Shown piece after piece: positions 1 through 7,971 of a DNA stretch of 22,399 nucleotides. Within the stretch, counting starts at the first letter, position 1. Every line of letters begins with the position of its first letter. Under the pieces are notes generated by a model that did no database searches, had not been told where the DNA came from, and saw nothing but the letters and a program-made list of their open reading frames with translations. The stretch comes from Flavobacteriales bacterium (GTDB lineage: Bacteria; Bacteroidota; Bacteroidia; Palsa-965). The DNA lies in assembly GCA_040377305.1 (NCBI GenBank), contig JBEIPA010000047.1:1-22399 (forward strand), in the 5' to 3' direction. Position numbers and translations under genes: made by a program.

Positions 1-86
1 AACTCACACAAATAGTTTTCTTCCGAAAGATATTCGGAGATGCTGTTGGCAAGTTCGTTTTCGTCTTCTATAATCAGTATTTTCAT
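1..86 (-). CDS. Two-component response regulator, N-terminal receiver domain (partial, runs off the left edge; not in the ORF track)
   Basis: Manual translation from ATG at 86 gives MKILIIEDENELANSISEYLSEENYLCE, a typical receiver-domain start (ILIIED). An exact TAnnTTTG box lies just upstream. Confidence 0.85.
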   Translation of the reverse strand, partial: MKILIIEDENELANSISEYLSEENYLCE

Positions 87-90
87 TTGT

Positions 91-98
91 CAAATTTA
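91..98 (-). promoter_or_regulatory. Bacteroidota primary-sigma -7 promoter element (TAAATTTG)
   Basis: Exact TAnnTTTG match 4 nt upstream of the ATG at 86, implying a very short leader. Confidence 0.55.
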
Positions 99-163
99 CC
101 ATTTCAATTTTGTAGAAATTTTGAATTTGGTTATAGGTTTGGCTCGGTGGTGTTGTTCTTTAG

Positions 164-207
164 GCTTGCACCTAACTAGTTTATTTGCGCCACTACTATT
201 CGCAAAT
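164..207 (-). other. attI-like integron recombination site / cassette junction
   Basis: The minus strand reads GGCGCAAATAAACTA-GTTAGGT-GCAAGC: a GTTRRRY core preceded by an A-rich L-box-like segment, similar in layout to attI1 (GCCCTAAAACAAA-GTTRRRY). There is also a 7-bp inverted repeat ATTTGCG/CGCAAAT at 183-207. Confidence 0.4.
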
Positions 208-274
208 CTCCCCACGTCGGTCAGCTTGCAAATGATCAAGACGAATAATTGACAACTGAAATTTAGCGAATAAA

Positions 275-934
275 CTACAGCGCATCAAAGCGCCCATTCC
301 TGATCTCCAACAAACTCGCCCACTTCCAATCCGCAATCCCAAACCGCTCTTGTGCCAGATGCTCCGGTGATGGAACGGCAACACACATCATTCCTGCAGC
401 TTTGGCAGCGAGAACGCCGTTGTGCGAATCTTCGAAGACGAGACAATTTTCCGGTTCTACATTCAGCGCTTTCGCAGTGGTAAGAAATACATCCGGAAAT
501 GGTTTTCCTCTTTGCTCGAATTCGGCAGAACGAACGATGACGAAGTAGTGATCGATTTTGTAATTCGTGATCAACCTATTGATCAATCGGAGTGGAGAAG
601 AAGAAGCGAGTGCAACGGGAATATTTTTCGATTTGAAAAATTCGAGTGATTCGATTACGCCGTGCATGAGTTCAGCGTTCTCTGTAACGAGACGACCCAC
701 TTCATCCACAATTTCATTCATGGTTTTCTCCAGTGAAAAATCGGGCCAGGGATGTTTTGCATGCCAGTTGGTGATGACTTCCTGAATGCGGTTGCCCATC
801 ATCTTTTCGAAATCTTCTTCGGTGGGAGAAACGCTTAGCTTCCCGAAGATGTTGGATTCTGCAACGCGCCACCAGGGTTCAGAGTCGACAAGGAGACCGT
901 CCATGTCGAAAATCACAGCTTTGATCATGGGCAT
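275..934 (-). CDS. HAD-superfamily phosphatase (HxpB/YniC / beta-phosphoglucomutase-like)
   Basis: Motif I DMDGLLVDSE, motif II LASSS, GKPFPD and motif IV FEDSHNG are all present. The start may be the Met at 928. Confidence 0.9.
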   Translation of the reverse strand: MPMIKAVIFDMDGLLVDSEPWWRVAESNIFGKLSVSPTEEDFEKMMGNRIQEVITNWHAKHPWPDFSLEKTMNEIVDEVGRLVTENAELMHGVIESLEFFKSKNIPVALASSSPLRLINRLITNYKIDHYFVIVRSAEFEQRGKPFPDVFLTTAKALNVEPENCLVFEDSHNGVLAAKAAGMMCVAVPSPEHLAQERFGIADWKWASLLEIRNGRFDAL

Positions 935-940
935 AAAATA

Positions 941-980
941 GTACGCGGATTTAGCGGATCAGGCGGATAAAAATGGATTT
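941..980. repeat. Degenerate ~9-bp-period GCGGAT tandem repeat (copy 1)
   Basis: GTACGCGGATT TAGCGGATC AGGCGGATA AAAATGGATT; the same family recurs at 15900-15938. Confidence 0.7.
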
Positions 981-984
981 TAAT

Positions 985-2121
985 TTAGGCGTATTCGCGG
1001 ATTACATTATATACTGTATCACGCTCCGCTGCTACTCTTCCCGCGCCACTGATCAGATCAACAAGTTCATCTGTAGTGAGTGATGGATTTTGTTCTTCTG
1101 CTCCGGCCATGGAATAAATTTTCGTGGTGTCGTCGATCGTGCCGTCAATGTCATTCACACCGAAGTTCAGAGAAAGCTGCGCGCTGTTTCTACCGATCAT
1201 CGGCCAATACGCCTTGATGTGCGGAATGTTGTCCATGAAAATTCTCGCGATCGCGTAATTACGCATGTCTTCGATCACAGAAACTTCCGGCACATTGCTC
1301 ATCTGGTTATCGCCATTACGGAACTTCAACGGAATAAATGTGTTGAAGCCTTTCGTCTTGTCCTGCAATTCGCGAATCCGATTCATGTGATCAACGCGAT
1401 GTGCAAATGTTTCGATGTGTCCATACAACATAGTTACGTTGGAAGGAATTCCGATTTCATGAGCTGTCTGATGTATCTCCAGCCATTCAGCGGAAGTACA
1501 TTTGTCTTCGGCAATCTGCTTGCGAATTTCTTCATCAAATATTTCAGCACCACCACCCGGAATTGAATCCAGACCGTGATCTTTCAGGAACTGCAATCCT
1601 TCGCGATAAGTCATCTTCGCTTTGCGGATCATGTAGTGCAATTCTACAGCAGTAAATCCTTTGATGTGTAAATCGGGACGATGTGCTTTGATGCGTTTCA
1701 GAAGATCACCGAAAAATTCCATTCCAAGTTTCGGGTGAACACCACCTACAATGTGAACTTCGGTAACCGGTTGACCATCGTATTTCTTCACGATGTCGAA
1801 CATCTGATCGGCACTCATTTCCCATTGACCGTCTGCTTGTTTCAGCAAACGCGAATACGAACAGAACTTGCAATCGTACACGCAAATGTTTGTGGGCTCA
1901 ATGTGAAAGTTGCGGTTGAAGTAGGTAATGTCTCCATGCTTCTCCTGGCGAATGTGATTCGCTAGTGTGCCAAGGAATCCTGCATCACCGTGTTCGTACA
2001 AATACAAAGCATCAGCTGTTGTAATGCGCGTACCGTCTTGCACTTTTTGTGCGATGGATCTGAGTTGTTCGGAAATTATCGGGGAGTTGAGTAGTGCAGG
2101 TAAATGATCCGGCTTCAGCAT
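985..2121 (-). CDS. mqnE: Aminofutalosine synthase MqnE (radical SAM, CofH/MqnC/MqnE family)
   Basis: CxxxCxxC motif (CVYDCKFC), EVHIVGG, IPGGGAEIF, TMLYGHIE, FIPLKF and the MqnE-type HIKAYW motif. Confidence 0.85.
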   Translation of the reverse strand: MLKPDHLPALLNSPIISEQLRSIAQKVQDGTRITTADALYLYEHGDAGFLGTLANHIRQEKHGDITYFNRNFHIEPTNICVYDCKFCSYSRLLKQADGQWEMSADQMFDIVKKYDGQPVTEVHIVGGVHPKLGMEFFGDLLKRIKAHRPDLHIKGFTAVELHYMIRKAKMTYREGLQFLKDHGLDSIPGGGAEIFDEEIRKQIAEDKCTSAEWLEIHQTAHEIGIPSNVTMLYGHIETFAHRVDHMNRIRELQDKTKGFNTFIPLKFRNGDNQMSNVPEVSVIEDMRNYAIARIFMDNIPHIKAYWPMIGRNSAQLSLNFGVNDIDGTIDDTTKIYSMAGAEEQNPSLTTDELVDLISGAGRVAAERDTVYNVIREYA

Positions 2122-2177
2122 ATGACCTTTGATTTAGGATTCGCAGCGCCGCATTTTTCTCCGCGCCGCCGCGATAA

Positions 2178-2185
2178 CAAAATTA
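2178..2185 (-). promoter_or_regulatory. Putative -7 promoter box (TAATTTTG) for mqnE and the HAD gene
   Basis: Exact TAnnTTTG match on the minus strand, between the upstream terminator and the mqnE start. Confidence 0.5.
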
Positions 2186-2192
2186 CATAACT

Positions 2193-2227
2193 AAAAAGAG
2201 CCGACGGAAGATTCCATCGACTCTTTT
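2193..2227 (-). terminator. Rho-independent terminator after the M43 protease gene
   Basis: Minus-strand RNA GAGUCGAUGGAA/UUCCGUCGGCUC pairs fully using two G-U pairs and is followed by UUUUU. The G-U pairs form only on the minus strand. Confidence 0.8.
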
Positions 2228-2246
2228 GTGTTGTTTAACGTGACAG

Positions 2247-3494
2247 TTATTCTACAACTACTCGTTTTGTAGCTTTTTCAGTCGCATTGCGCGCTTCGAT
2301 CAGGTAAATTCCTGCTCCGTTAGCGCGAAGATCAATCTGCATGGTGCGCTCGTGCAGCATTTCTACATGCTGAGAAGACACCACTTCGCCGAGTGTATTG
2401 TACACTGTAATCTCATAATCGGATGGAGCTTTACCACCGAAGTCGAGTGTTACAATTCCGTCGGTTGGAGAAGGGTAGATGCTGAATACTCCTGATAATG
2501 TGATGTCGTGTACATCAACTACGGTACATCCGTTCGATGACTGCAGGGATGAGCGATCTCCGTTCAATGCTACCCACATACGGGTCTTTTGCCCTTCCGT
2601 AAAGAAGTACATGGAACCATCATCGGTGTAGTCCATGTAGTTGCACCACATAACTCCTGGAGCAGTAGAAGTACAATTGTCGGTGAGAACAGTTCCTACA
2701 GCGAATGAACCATAGTTTTCGTCAGCCTGATTCGGTGTGTCGGATACAAGATCAGATCCGTTGCAACCATTGCCATCATCTCCCCAGATGTGACGAAGAC
2801 CAAGCCAGTGTCCAACTTCGTGCGTTGCAGTTCTGCCTTTATTGAAAGGAGCAATTGCACCCGTTTTTCCGAAGTAGCGGTAGTGAATGACTACGCCATC
2901 TTCTGACGGATCAAAACCTGGAAACTGTGCGTAACCGAGAAGGGAAGAGCCCAGATCTCCGACCCACAAATTCAGATAGACATTAGCATCCCATGCATCA
3001 GCGCCGCCGGTCGAAAAATGTTTGATGTTGTCGTTCGTGTTGAACGTTCCAACAGTTGTTGCAGTTCTTTCGATACCATCGGTCCAGTTGCCATTCGGAT
3101 CTCGTGCAGCAAGACAAAACATGATTTCGCAATCAGCAGCAATTCCTTGCCAGGCTGCCGGAATGTTTGCAGCATCCGTATTGTTCTTGCGATAGTCATC
3201 ATTGAGAACCTGAATTTGTTCATAGATGCGCGTATTACTAATGTTCTCTGTCGCATTTTGGTACACCACGTGAACAACTACCGGAATAAGACAAATTGAG
3301 CGTGTCTGATAACCATTCGGGTAATCAAGTTCTGCCTGAGCACATTGAGCCTCAAATTGGTTTACACGATTCTGTAATAAAGGTTCATTCGCAATTTGAT
3401 CCTGCATGTATCCGTAGCTGGAACAACGCTCGAAAGATTGGGCATTAAGCGTAGCTGCGCCTAATACCAGTAATGGAAGTAGAATTTTTTTCAT
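2247..3494 (-). CDS. M43 (pappalysin/ulilysin/mirolysin-like) zinc metalloprotease with T9SS C-terminal sorting domain
   Basis: Signal peptide, pro-segment Cys (ERCS), IPVVVHVV, zinc motif HEVGHWLGLRH, Met-turn NYMDY, and a CTD running from IYPSP through GIYLI to KRVVVE. Confidence 0.92.
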   Translation of the reverse strand: MKKILLPLLVLGAATLNAQSFERCSSYGYMQDQIANEPLLQNRVNQFEAQCAQAELDYPNGYQTRSICLIPVVVHVVYQNATENISNTRIYEQIQVLNDDYRKNNTDAANIPAAWQGIAADCEIMFCLAARDPNGNWTDGIERTATTVGTFNTNDNIKHFSTGGADAWDANVYLNLWVGDLGSSLLGYAQFPGFDPSEDGVVIHYRYFGKTGAIAPFNKGRTATHEVGHWLGLRHIWGDDGNGCNGSDLVSDTPNQADENYGSFAVGTVLTDNCTSTAPGVMWCNYMDYTDDGSMYFFTEGQKTRMWVALNGDRSSLQSSNGCTVVDVHDITLSGVFSIYPSPTDGIVTLDFGGKAPSDYEITVYNTLGEVVSSQHVEMLHERTMQIDLRANGAGIYLIEARNATEKATKRVVVE

Positions 3495-3545
3495 TAATAG
3501 AGGTGTTTCGGTGTGTATAGTGAAGATACGACCGTTTTAACAAAT

Positions 3546-3589
3546 AAAAAAGGGTCCCTACACTCAATTCGGTGTAGGGACCCTTTTTT
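3546..3589. terminator. Rho-independent terminator between the two M43 genes
   Basis: Perfect inverted repeat AAAAAAGGGTCCCTACAC / GTGTAGGGACCCTTTTTT. Confidence 0.85.
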
Positions 3590-3609
3590 AGAGGTAAATA
3601 ACGCGGTTG

Positions 3610-5823
3610 TTAGTGACTGATTACGATGCGGCGGGTGACTACTTCAGTTCCTGTCTGAACTTCGATAAAGTAAACTCCGTTAGGCTCATTGCTGAGGTCA
3701 ATGATGTAATTGCCACCGTAAGTATTGTTCTCGCTGATTGTGCTCACAGTCTGACCAATTGAGTTAGTCACACGAACGTTGAGGTTATCGCGGTTGAACA
3801 TATTCACAGTCAGATTCACCTGTCCATCAGATGGGTTAGGGAAGAGATTGATTTCGTTGTGCAACACACCTTCAGCAACATCAGTCGTATTCTGAATGTT
3901 GATGTCGTCGATGTACAAGTTGTTCTCATACTGAGTAGCATGACGGAACTTGATCATCGCGTTAGTTGCAGTTTGGTATGGGCTCAGGTTGATTGTTTCC
4001 AAACGCCACTGTCCAGCTTGTGTTGGAACAAATTCTGTTGTGCTGAACGTTGGAGTTACTGTAGTTAAAGTTGTGCTCCATTTCGCATACAGAGAAGTCC
4101 ACGTTACACCGCAGTCTGTCGAGATCCAAACGCGAAGAGTATCGGAGAATGGTTGCGGATCAGTAGGGTCTGTGTAGAGACGATAAGCAACCTGGAATGT
4201 CATCACCGGATTCAGTACAGACGAAAGATTCAGGTTAGGAAGAATCATTTCATCAATTTCTCCGTTTGCATTGTAATCGAAGTTGTCCATGTAAGCAGAT
4301 GCAGATCCCGAGAAGTCAGCAGCAGTTGTACGTGCCCACGTGGTTAATCCATCAACGTTATTCAAGGTCATTCCACCTTGTGGGAACGTTGTGCTTTCAA
4401 ATCCTTCGCTGTAAGGAAGGTTTGCGCCAACTGAACTCACCGTGAATGTGCGTTGTGTCTGGTCATTGCTTGCGTTCGCATCTGTAGAGCTGTTTGGATT
4501 CGTGGTATACGCTGTGAACGTGTGTGTACCAGCTGTTGTAGTCATGGAAGACAAAGCAACGTTTTGCGTGTTACCTGTAGTCAGGTTTCCGGTCCAGTTA
4601 TACGTTTGGATCGGACCCGCATCAATTCGGTAATTGATTGTAGCTGATGTCAAGTTAGTTGTTCCATAGTTACGGATTGTAACATTGGGAGTGAACGTTG
4701 TATTACACATCGAAGTTGTAGGTGAGTTGATTACAGAAATTCCTGCGTCAACTCCATTGGATGCAGATGCACATGCCTGTGAGGTTTGCAATGCATTGTA
4801 AGGTGCGTTGTTCAGCACGGCGAGCATGCGTGTACGTTGTCCTTGTGTAAAGAGGTTCATGCAAATGTCATCGGAATAATCCATGTAGTTCTGATACATG
4901 TCTCCGTTCGGACCATTTGAACAGGAAACCTGCGAACCACTTGGACAACCGTAATGTTCGTCGGCCTGGTTTGGTGTATCTGCACAGTTGTCAGAACCTG
5001 AACAACTCGATCCGTCATCACCCCAAATGTGGAAGAGGTTAAAACAGTGACCGATTTCGTGCGTTGAAGTACGACCACGATTGTATGAAGTGATCAGGTT
5101 GAAGCCGCTTCCGTAGCTGGTGAAGTTACTTCCGAAACAGGTGTAACCCATTACCATTCCGAATGTGTTCGAAGCAGTTCCGGTAGGGAATTCACCGTAG
5201 CCAAGAAGTCCACCGCCCAGGTTACAAACCCAAAGGTTGAGGTACTGAGTAACAGGCCACGCGTTAAGTCCGTTGGTTGCAAAATTCTTCACGTTGTCAT
5301 TGGTATTGAATGAAACGTTTGTAGAAATCTGTCGGCGTTCAATTCCATTTGTTGGATTTCCGCTAGGGTCTACTGTTGCAAGACAAAACTGGATGTCTGT
5401 ATTCGCTGCAATGGAAGACCAATACGATGGTGTATTTGATGCGTCGGGATTTGTCCGTCCGAAATCTTCATTCATAACCTGGATCTGAGAGAAGATCTGG
5501 TTATTTGAAATGTTTTGTGCCGCAGTATTCCAAACTACGTGAACAACTACAGGTATTGTAATTGTACCACCTTGAATGGTTGGATTGTTCTGCTGATTTG
5601 CAACCCAATTATTGATTGTATTGTCGTAAGACATTCTTTCCTGAGCACGATTTGGATTGATGCTCTGGAGATACTGTTCATGTTCGAGGACAGAACAACG
5701 CTCTACTTGCGGGGACTGTACCTCACGGATAATTTTTGCAGATTGTTGCAGAATTCCGCGACCATAAATGGCAGAAGATCCGGCAAACAATAGCAAACCG
5801 AGAGTGGTTAAGGTTTTTTTCAT
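3610..5823 (-). CDS. M43 zinc metalloprotease with CARDB/Ig-like and MAM/adhesin-like domains and T9SS CTD
   Basis: Signal peptide, ERCS, HEIGHCFNLFH and NYMDY. These are followed by an Ig-like DAGIS...NDQTQRTFTV segment, a beta-sandwich LPYSEGFE...YIDDINI segment, and a CTD from LFPNP through GVYFI to RRIVISH. Confidence 0.92.
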   Translation of the reverse strand: MKKTLTTLGLLLFAGSSAIYGRGILQQSAKIIREVQSPQVERCSVLEHEQYLQSINPNRAQERMSYDNTINNWVANQQNNPTIQGGTITIPVVVHVVWNTAAQNISNNQIFSQIQVMNEDFGRTNPDASNTPSYWSSIAANTDIQFCLATVDPSGNPTNGIERRQISTNVSFNTNDNVKNFATNGLNAWPVTQYLNLWVCNLGGGLLGYGEFPTGTASNTFGMVMGYTCFGSNFTSYGSGFNLITSYNRGRTSTHEIGHCFNLFHIWGDDGSSCSGSDNCADTPNQADEHYGCPSGSQVSCSNGPNGDMYQNYMDYSDDICMNLFTQGQRTRMLAVLNNAPYNALQTSQACASASNGVDAGISVINSPTTSMCNTTFTPNVTIRNYGTTNLTSATINYRIDAGPIQTYNWTGNLTTGNTQNVALSSMTTTAGTHTFTAYTTNPNSSTDANASNDQTQRTFTVSSVGANLPYSEGFESTTFPQGGMTLNNVDGLTTWARTTAADFSGSASAYMDNFDYNANGEIDEMILPNLNLSSVLNPVMTFQVAYRLYTDPTDPQPFSDTLRVWISTDCGVTWTSLYAKWSTTLTTVTPTFSTTEFVPTQAGQWRLETINLSPYQTATNAMIKFRHATQYENNLYIDDINIQNTTDVAEGVLHNEINLFPNPSDGQVNLTVNMFNRDNLNVRVTNSIGQTVSTISENNTYGGNYIIDLSNEPNGVYFIEVQTGTEVVTRRIVISH

Positions 5824-6017
5824 TGGTCTGATTGGTGTGCTTGGTTTTACTTGGTGTTGAGGCCCGTTAAGGTTCGGGTTGAAATTGGCAATTTTTAGGA
5901 TGATTTCCTAAGCAATAAGTGCGGTTATTGGTCAGGTGAACCTGTTATTAGGGTTGATGCTTTGGTAAATTCCATAAAAAACCCACACTTTTGTCTCAAC
6001 AAGAAATACAACACCAG

Positions 6018-6707
6018 ATGGAAAAGAGAATCCTGCTTGCGGAAGACGAAGAAAACCTACTGAAAACGATTCGCCTCAATCTCGAATTGGAAGGCTACAC
6101 AGTGGTTTCTGCCATTGACGGAGACAGCGCAATACGGGTTTTTGATCCGGGCGAATTTGATCTGGTTATTCTTGATGTAATGCTTCCATTGGTGAATGGA
6201 TTCGATATCTGCAAAGCAATTCGTGACAAAGATCAGACAGTTCCGGTGTTGTTTCTCACAGCGAAAGCCGAAGGAGAAGACCGCGTTCGTGGATTGAAAC
6301 TGGGCGCTGACGATTACCTGACAAAACCATTTCACCTCGAGGAGTTTTTGTTGCGTGTGAATAACTTGTTGAAACGTTCTCCGCGTAAGCAAGGCATGAA
6401 CCTCATGGGAACATACCAGTTTGGTGACAACAAAATCAACTTTGCCTCATTCGAAGCGGAAGGAAATGCACAACAGTGGTCTTTAACGAAACGTGAAACA
6501 GAATTACTACGCTTGCTCATTTCAAAAAAAGGTGAAGTCGTATCGCGCGATGAAATTCTGGAAAAGTTGTGGCGGGATGATGCGCAACCAACAGGACGTG
6601 CGATCGACAATTACATTCTTAGTTTCAGAAAATATTTTGAGTCAAATCCGAAGGAGCCGAGATATTTTCATTCGATTCGTGGAGTAGGGTATCGGTTCAC
6701 AGAATAG
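6018..6707 (+). CDS. OmpR/PhoB-family DNA-binding response regulator
   Basis: ILLAEDE, phospho-acceptor LDVMLP, FLTA, GADDYLTKPF and winged-helix end SIRGVGYRF. ATG 6018 is preferred over TTG 5991. Confidence 0.93.
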   Translation: MEKRILLAEDEENLLKTIRLNLELEGYTVVSAIDGDSAIRVFDPGEFDLVILDVMLPLVNGFDICKAIRDKDQTVPVLFLTAKAEGEDRVRGLKLGADDYLTKPFHLEEFLLRVNNLLKRSPRKQGMNLMGTYQFGDNKINFASFEAEGNAQQWSLTKRETELLRLLISKKGEVVSRDEILEKLWRDDAQPTGRAIDNYILSFRKYFESNPKEPRYFHSIRGVGYRFTE

Positions 6708-6718
6708 TCGCCAAAACA

Positions 6719-6786
6719 ATTTGAAGATTTGAATATTCGAACATTCGCTATGGTGATCAAATCTTCAGATTTTCGAATTATTCAAA
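6719..6786. repeat. Degenerate 8-bp-period repeats arranged as an imperfect inverted pair
   Basis: TTGAAGAT TTGAATAT TCGAACAT on the left, and the complementary CAAATCTT CAGATTTT CGAATTAT TCAAAT on the right. Confidence 0.55.
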
Positions 6787-6802
6787 TACAAAAACTGCAA
6801 GG

Positions 6803-7372
6803 ATGAAAAAGGTTCTGGTGTTTTTATTCGCTGTAGGGGTTTTCGCAACTTCGTGTACAAGCGGTGAAGAAAAAATCAACGAGATCTCGTGGCTTCTTGG
6901 AACCTGGGAAGGCATAGACGACAACGAACTCATGTTTGTTGAAGTTTGGACTAAAGGTGAAGGCACCTGGATGAACGGAAAAGGTGCAACCATTACTCCG
7001 GATGGCGATACACTTTTCAAGGAAGTGCTGAAAATTGAATTGGTCGAAGGAACACCTTACTACGTTGCTACAGTACCGGAAAATCCGGGTCCTGTGCTTT
7101 TTAAATTAGTGGAGAGTGATGCATCGCATGTGGTATTCGAAAATCTCGACCACGATTTTCCTCAACGCATTGAATATACACTGCAGACAAATTCAACATT
7201 ATTCGTGCGACTTGATGGAGTAGAGAATGGCGCTCCGAAAACAGAGTCATTGAGCTTTGAGAAGAATACAGGCGTATCCTTGTTGCCGGGAGTGAATTCA
7301 GATAGTATTCTGTGGAATATCATCATGAACGATTCTGTCAATGCAGATTCAATAGGAGACTCCACCCGATGA
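6803..7372 (+). CDS. DUF6265-like lipoprotein
   Basis: Lipobox FATSC, plus WLLGTWEG, EVW and VFENLDHDFPQRIEY motifs recognised from this family. Confidence 0.75.
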   Translation: MKKVLVFLFAVGVFATSCTSGEEKINEISWLLGTWEGIDDNELMFVEVWTKGEGTWMNGKGATITPDGDTLFKEVLKIELVEGTPYYVATVPENPGPVLFKLVESDASHVVFENLDHDFPQRIEYTLQTNSTLFVRLDGVENGAPKTESLSFEKNTGVSLLPGVNSDSILWNIIMNDSVNADSIGDSTR

Positions 7373-7432
7373 TTGGATGATCAGATCATTTAATGATAGG
7401 ATTCATGTGGAATAATTTTCAAATAGGTACCT

Positions 7433-7564
7433 CATCCTATCATCCTATCATCCTATCATCCTATCATCCTATCATACTATCATCCTATCATCCTATCATC
7501 CTATCATCCTATCATCCTATCATTCTATCATCTTATCATCCTATCATTCTATCATCCCATCATC
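7433..7564. repeat. Tandem repeat (CATCCTAT)x16
   Basis: Sixteen consecutive 8-mers: 11 perfect and 5 single-base variants (CATACTAT, CATTCTAT twice, CATCTTAT, CATCCCAT). Degenerate reverse-complement units lie at about 7368-7403. Confidence 0.97.
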
Positions 7565-7670
7565 AGAAGGGTGATCTCACGGGCAACAGATAGCCTGTTT
7601 CCAATACGCTTCTGCCGCACCGTGAGAATCCCAAAAAAGATCCAGGAATATTATCGTTTTAATTCGGCAC

Positions 7671-7970
7671 TTAGTGACCACCGTTATCCATTTTGATTCG
7701 TTTTGAAATGCTATCCGCTTTTTGAATCGAATCCTGCTTCTGTTTTTTCAGCTCCTCTTTCTGTTCATCACCATATTCGGAAATAAGGAACGACACCACG
7801 AGTACGAGTAGCAATCCCAGAAAAACTTTACGGTAGCGGTACAGCGGCGTTAAGTACAACGGATTCGTCATGCGCTTATAATTGTGCATCACTTTTCCGA
7901 AGTCGCGGTGCTCCGCAATTTTTTCCTCTTTCGGCGGACGTGGGTCTATATTGAATTTGTAGCCGCTCAT
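7671..7970 (-). CDS. Small single-pass membrane protein, putative anti-sigma factor
   Basis: Starts 1 nt after the sigma stop codon. It has a ~48-aa N-terminal basic domain, one TM helix (VFLGLLLVLVVSFLI) and a short charged tail. Confidence 0.65.
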   Translation of the reverse strand: MSGYKFNIDPRPPKEEKIAEHRDFGKVMHNYKRMTNPLYLTPLYRYRKVFLGLLLVLVVSFLISEYGDEQKEELKKQKQDSIQKADSISKRIKMDNGGH

Positions 7971-7971
7971 G

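Noticed and set aside
164-192. XerCD dif site
   Set aside because: The central spacer is 5 bp rather than 6 and the match to TTATGTTAAAT is poor; an attI-like layout fits better.
40-252. Plus-strand 70-aa ORF
   Set aside because: It lies antisense to the response regulator start and spans non-coding sequence, with no recognisable motif.
5027-5062. Asn in place of Gly in the zinc motif HEIGHCFNLFH as a sign of inactivation
   Set aside because: HExxHxxNxxH is a known active variant in M43 enzymes such as ulilysin.
7433-7564. Possible CRISPR array
   Set aside because: The units are 8 bp with no unique spacers, and no cas genes are present.
7393-7593. ORF encoding (SSYHPIIL)n
   Set aside because: It is simply the translation of the 8-bp tandem repeat, with no other coding evidence.
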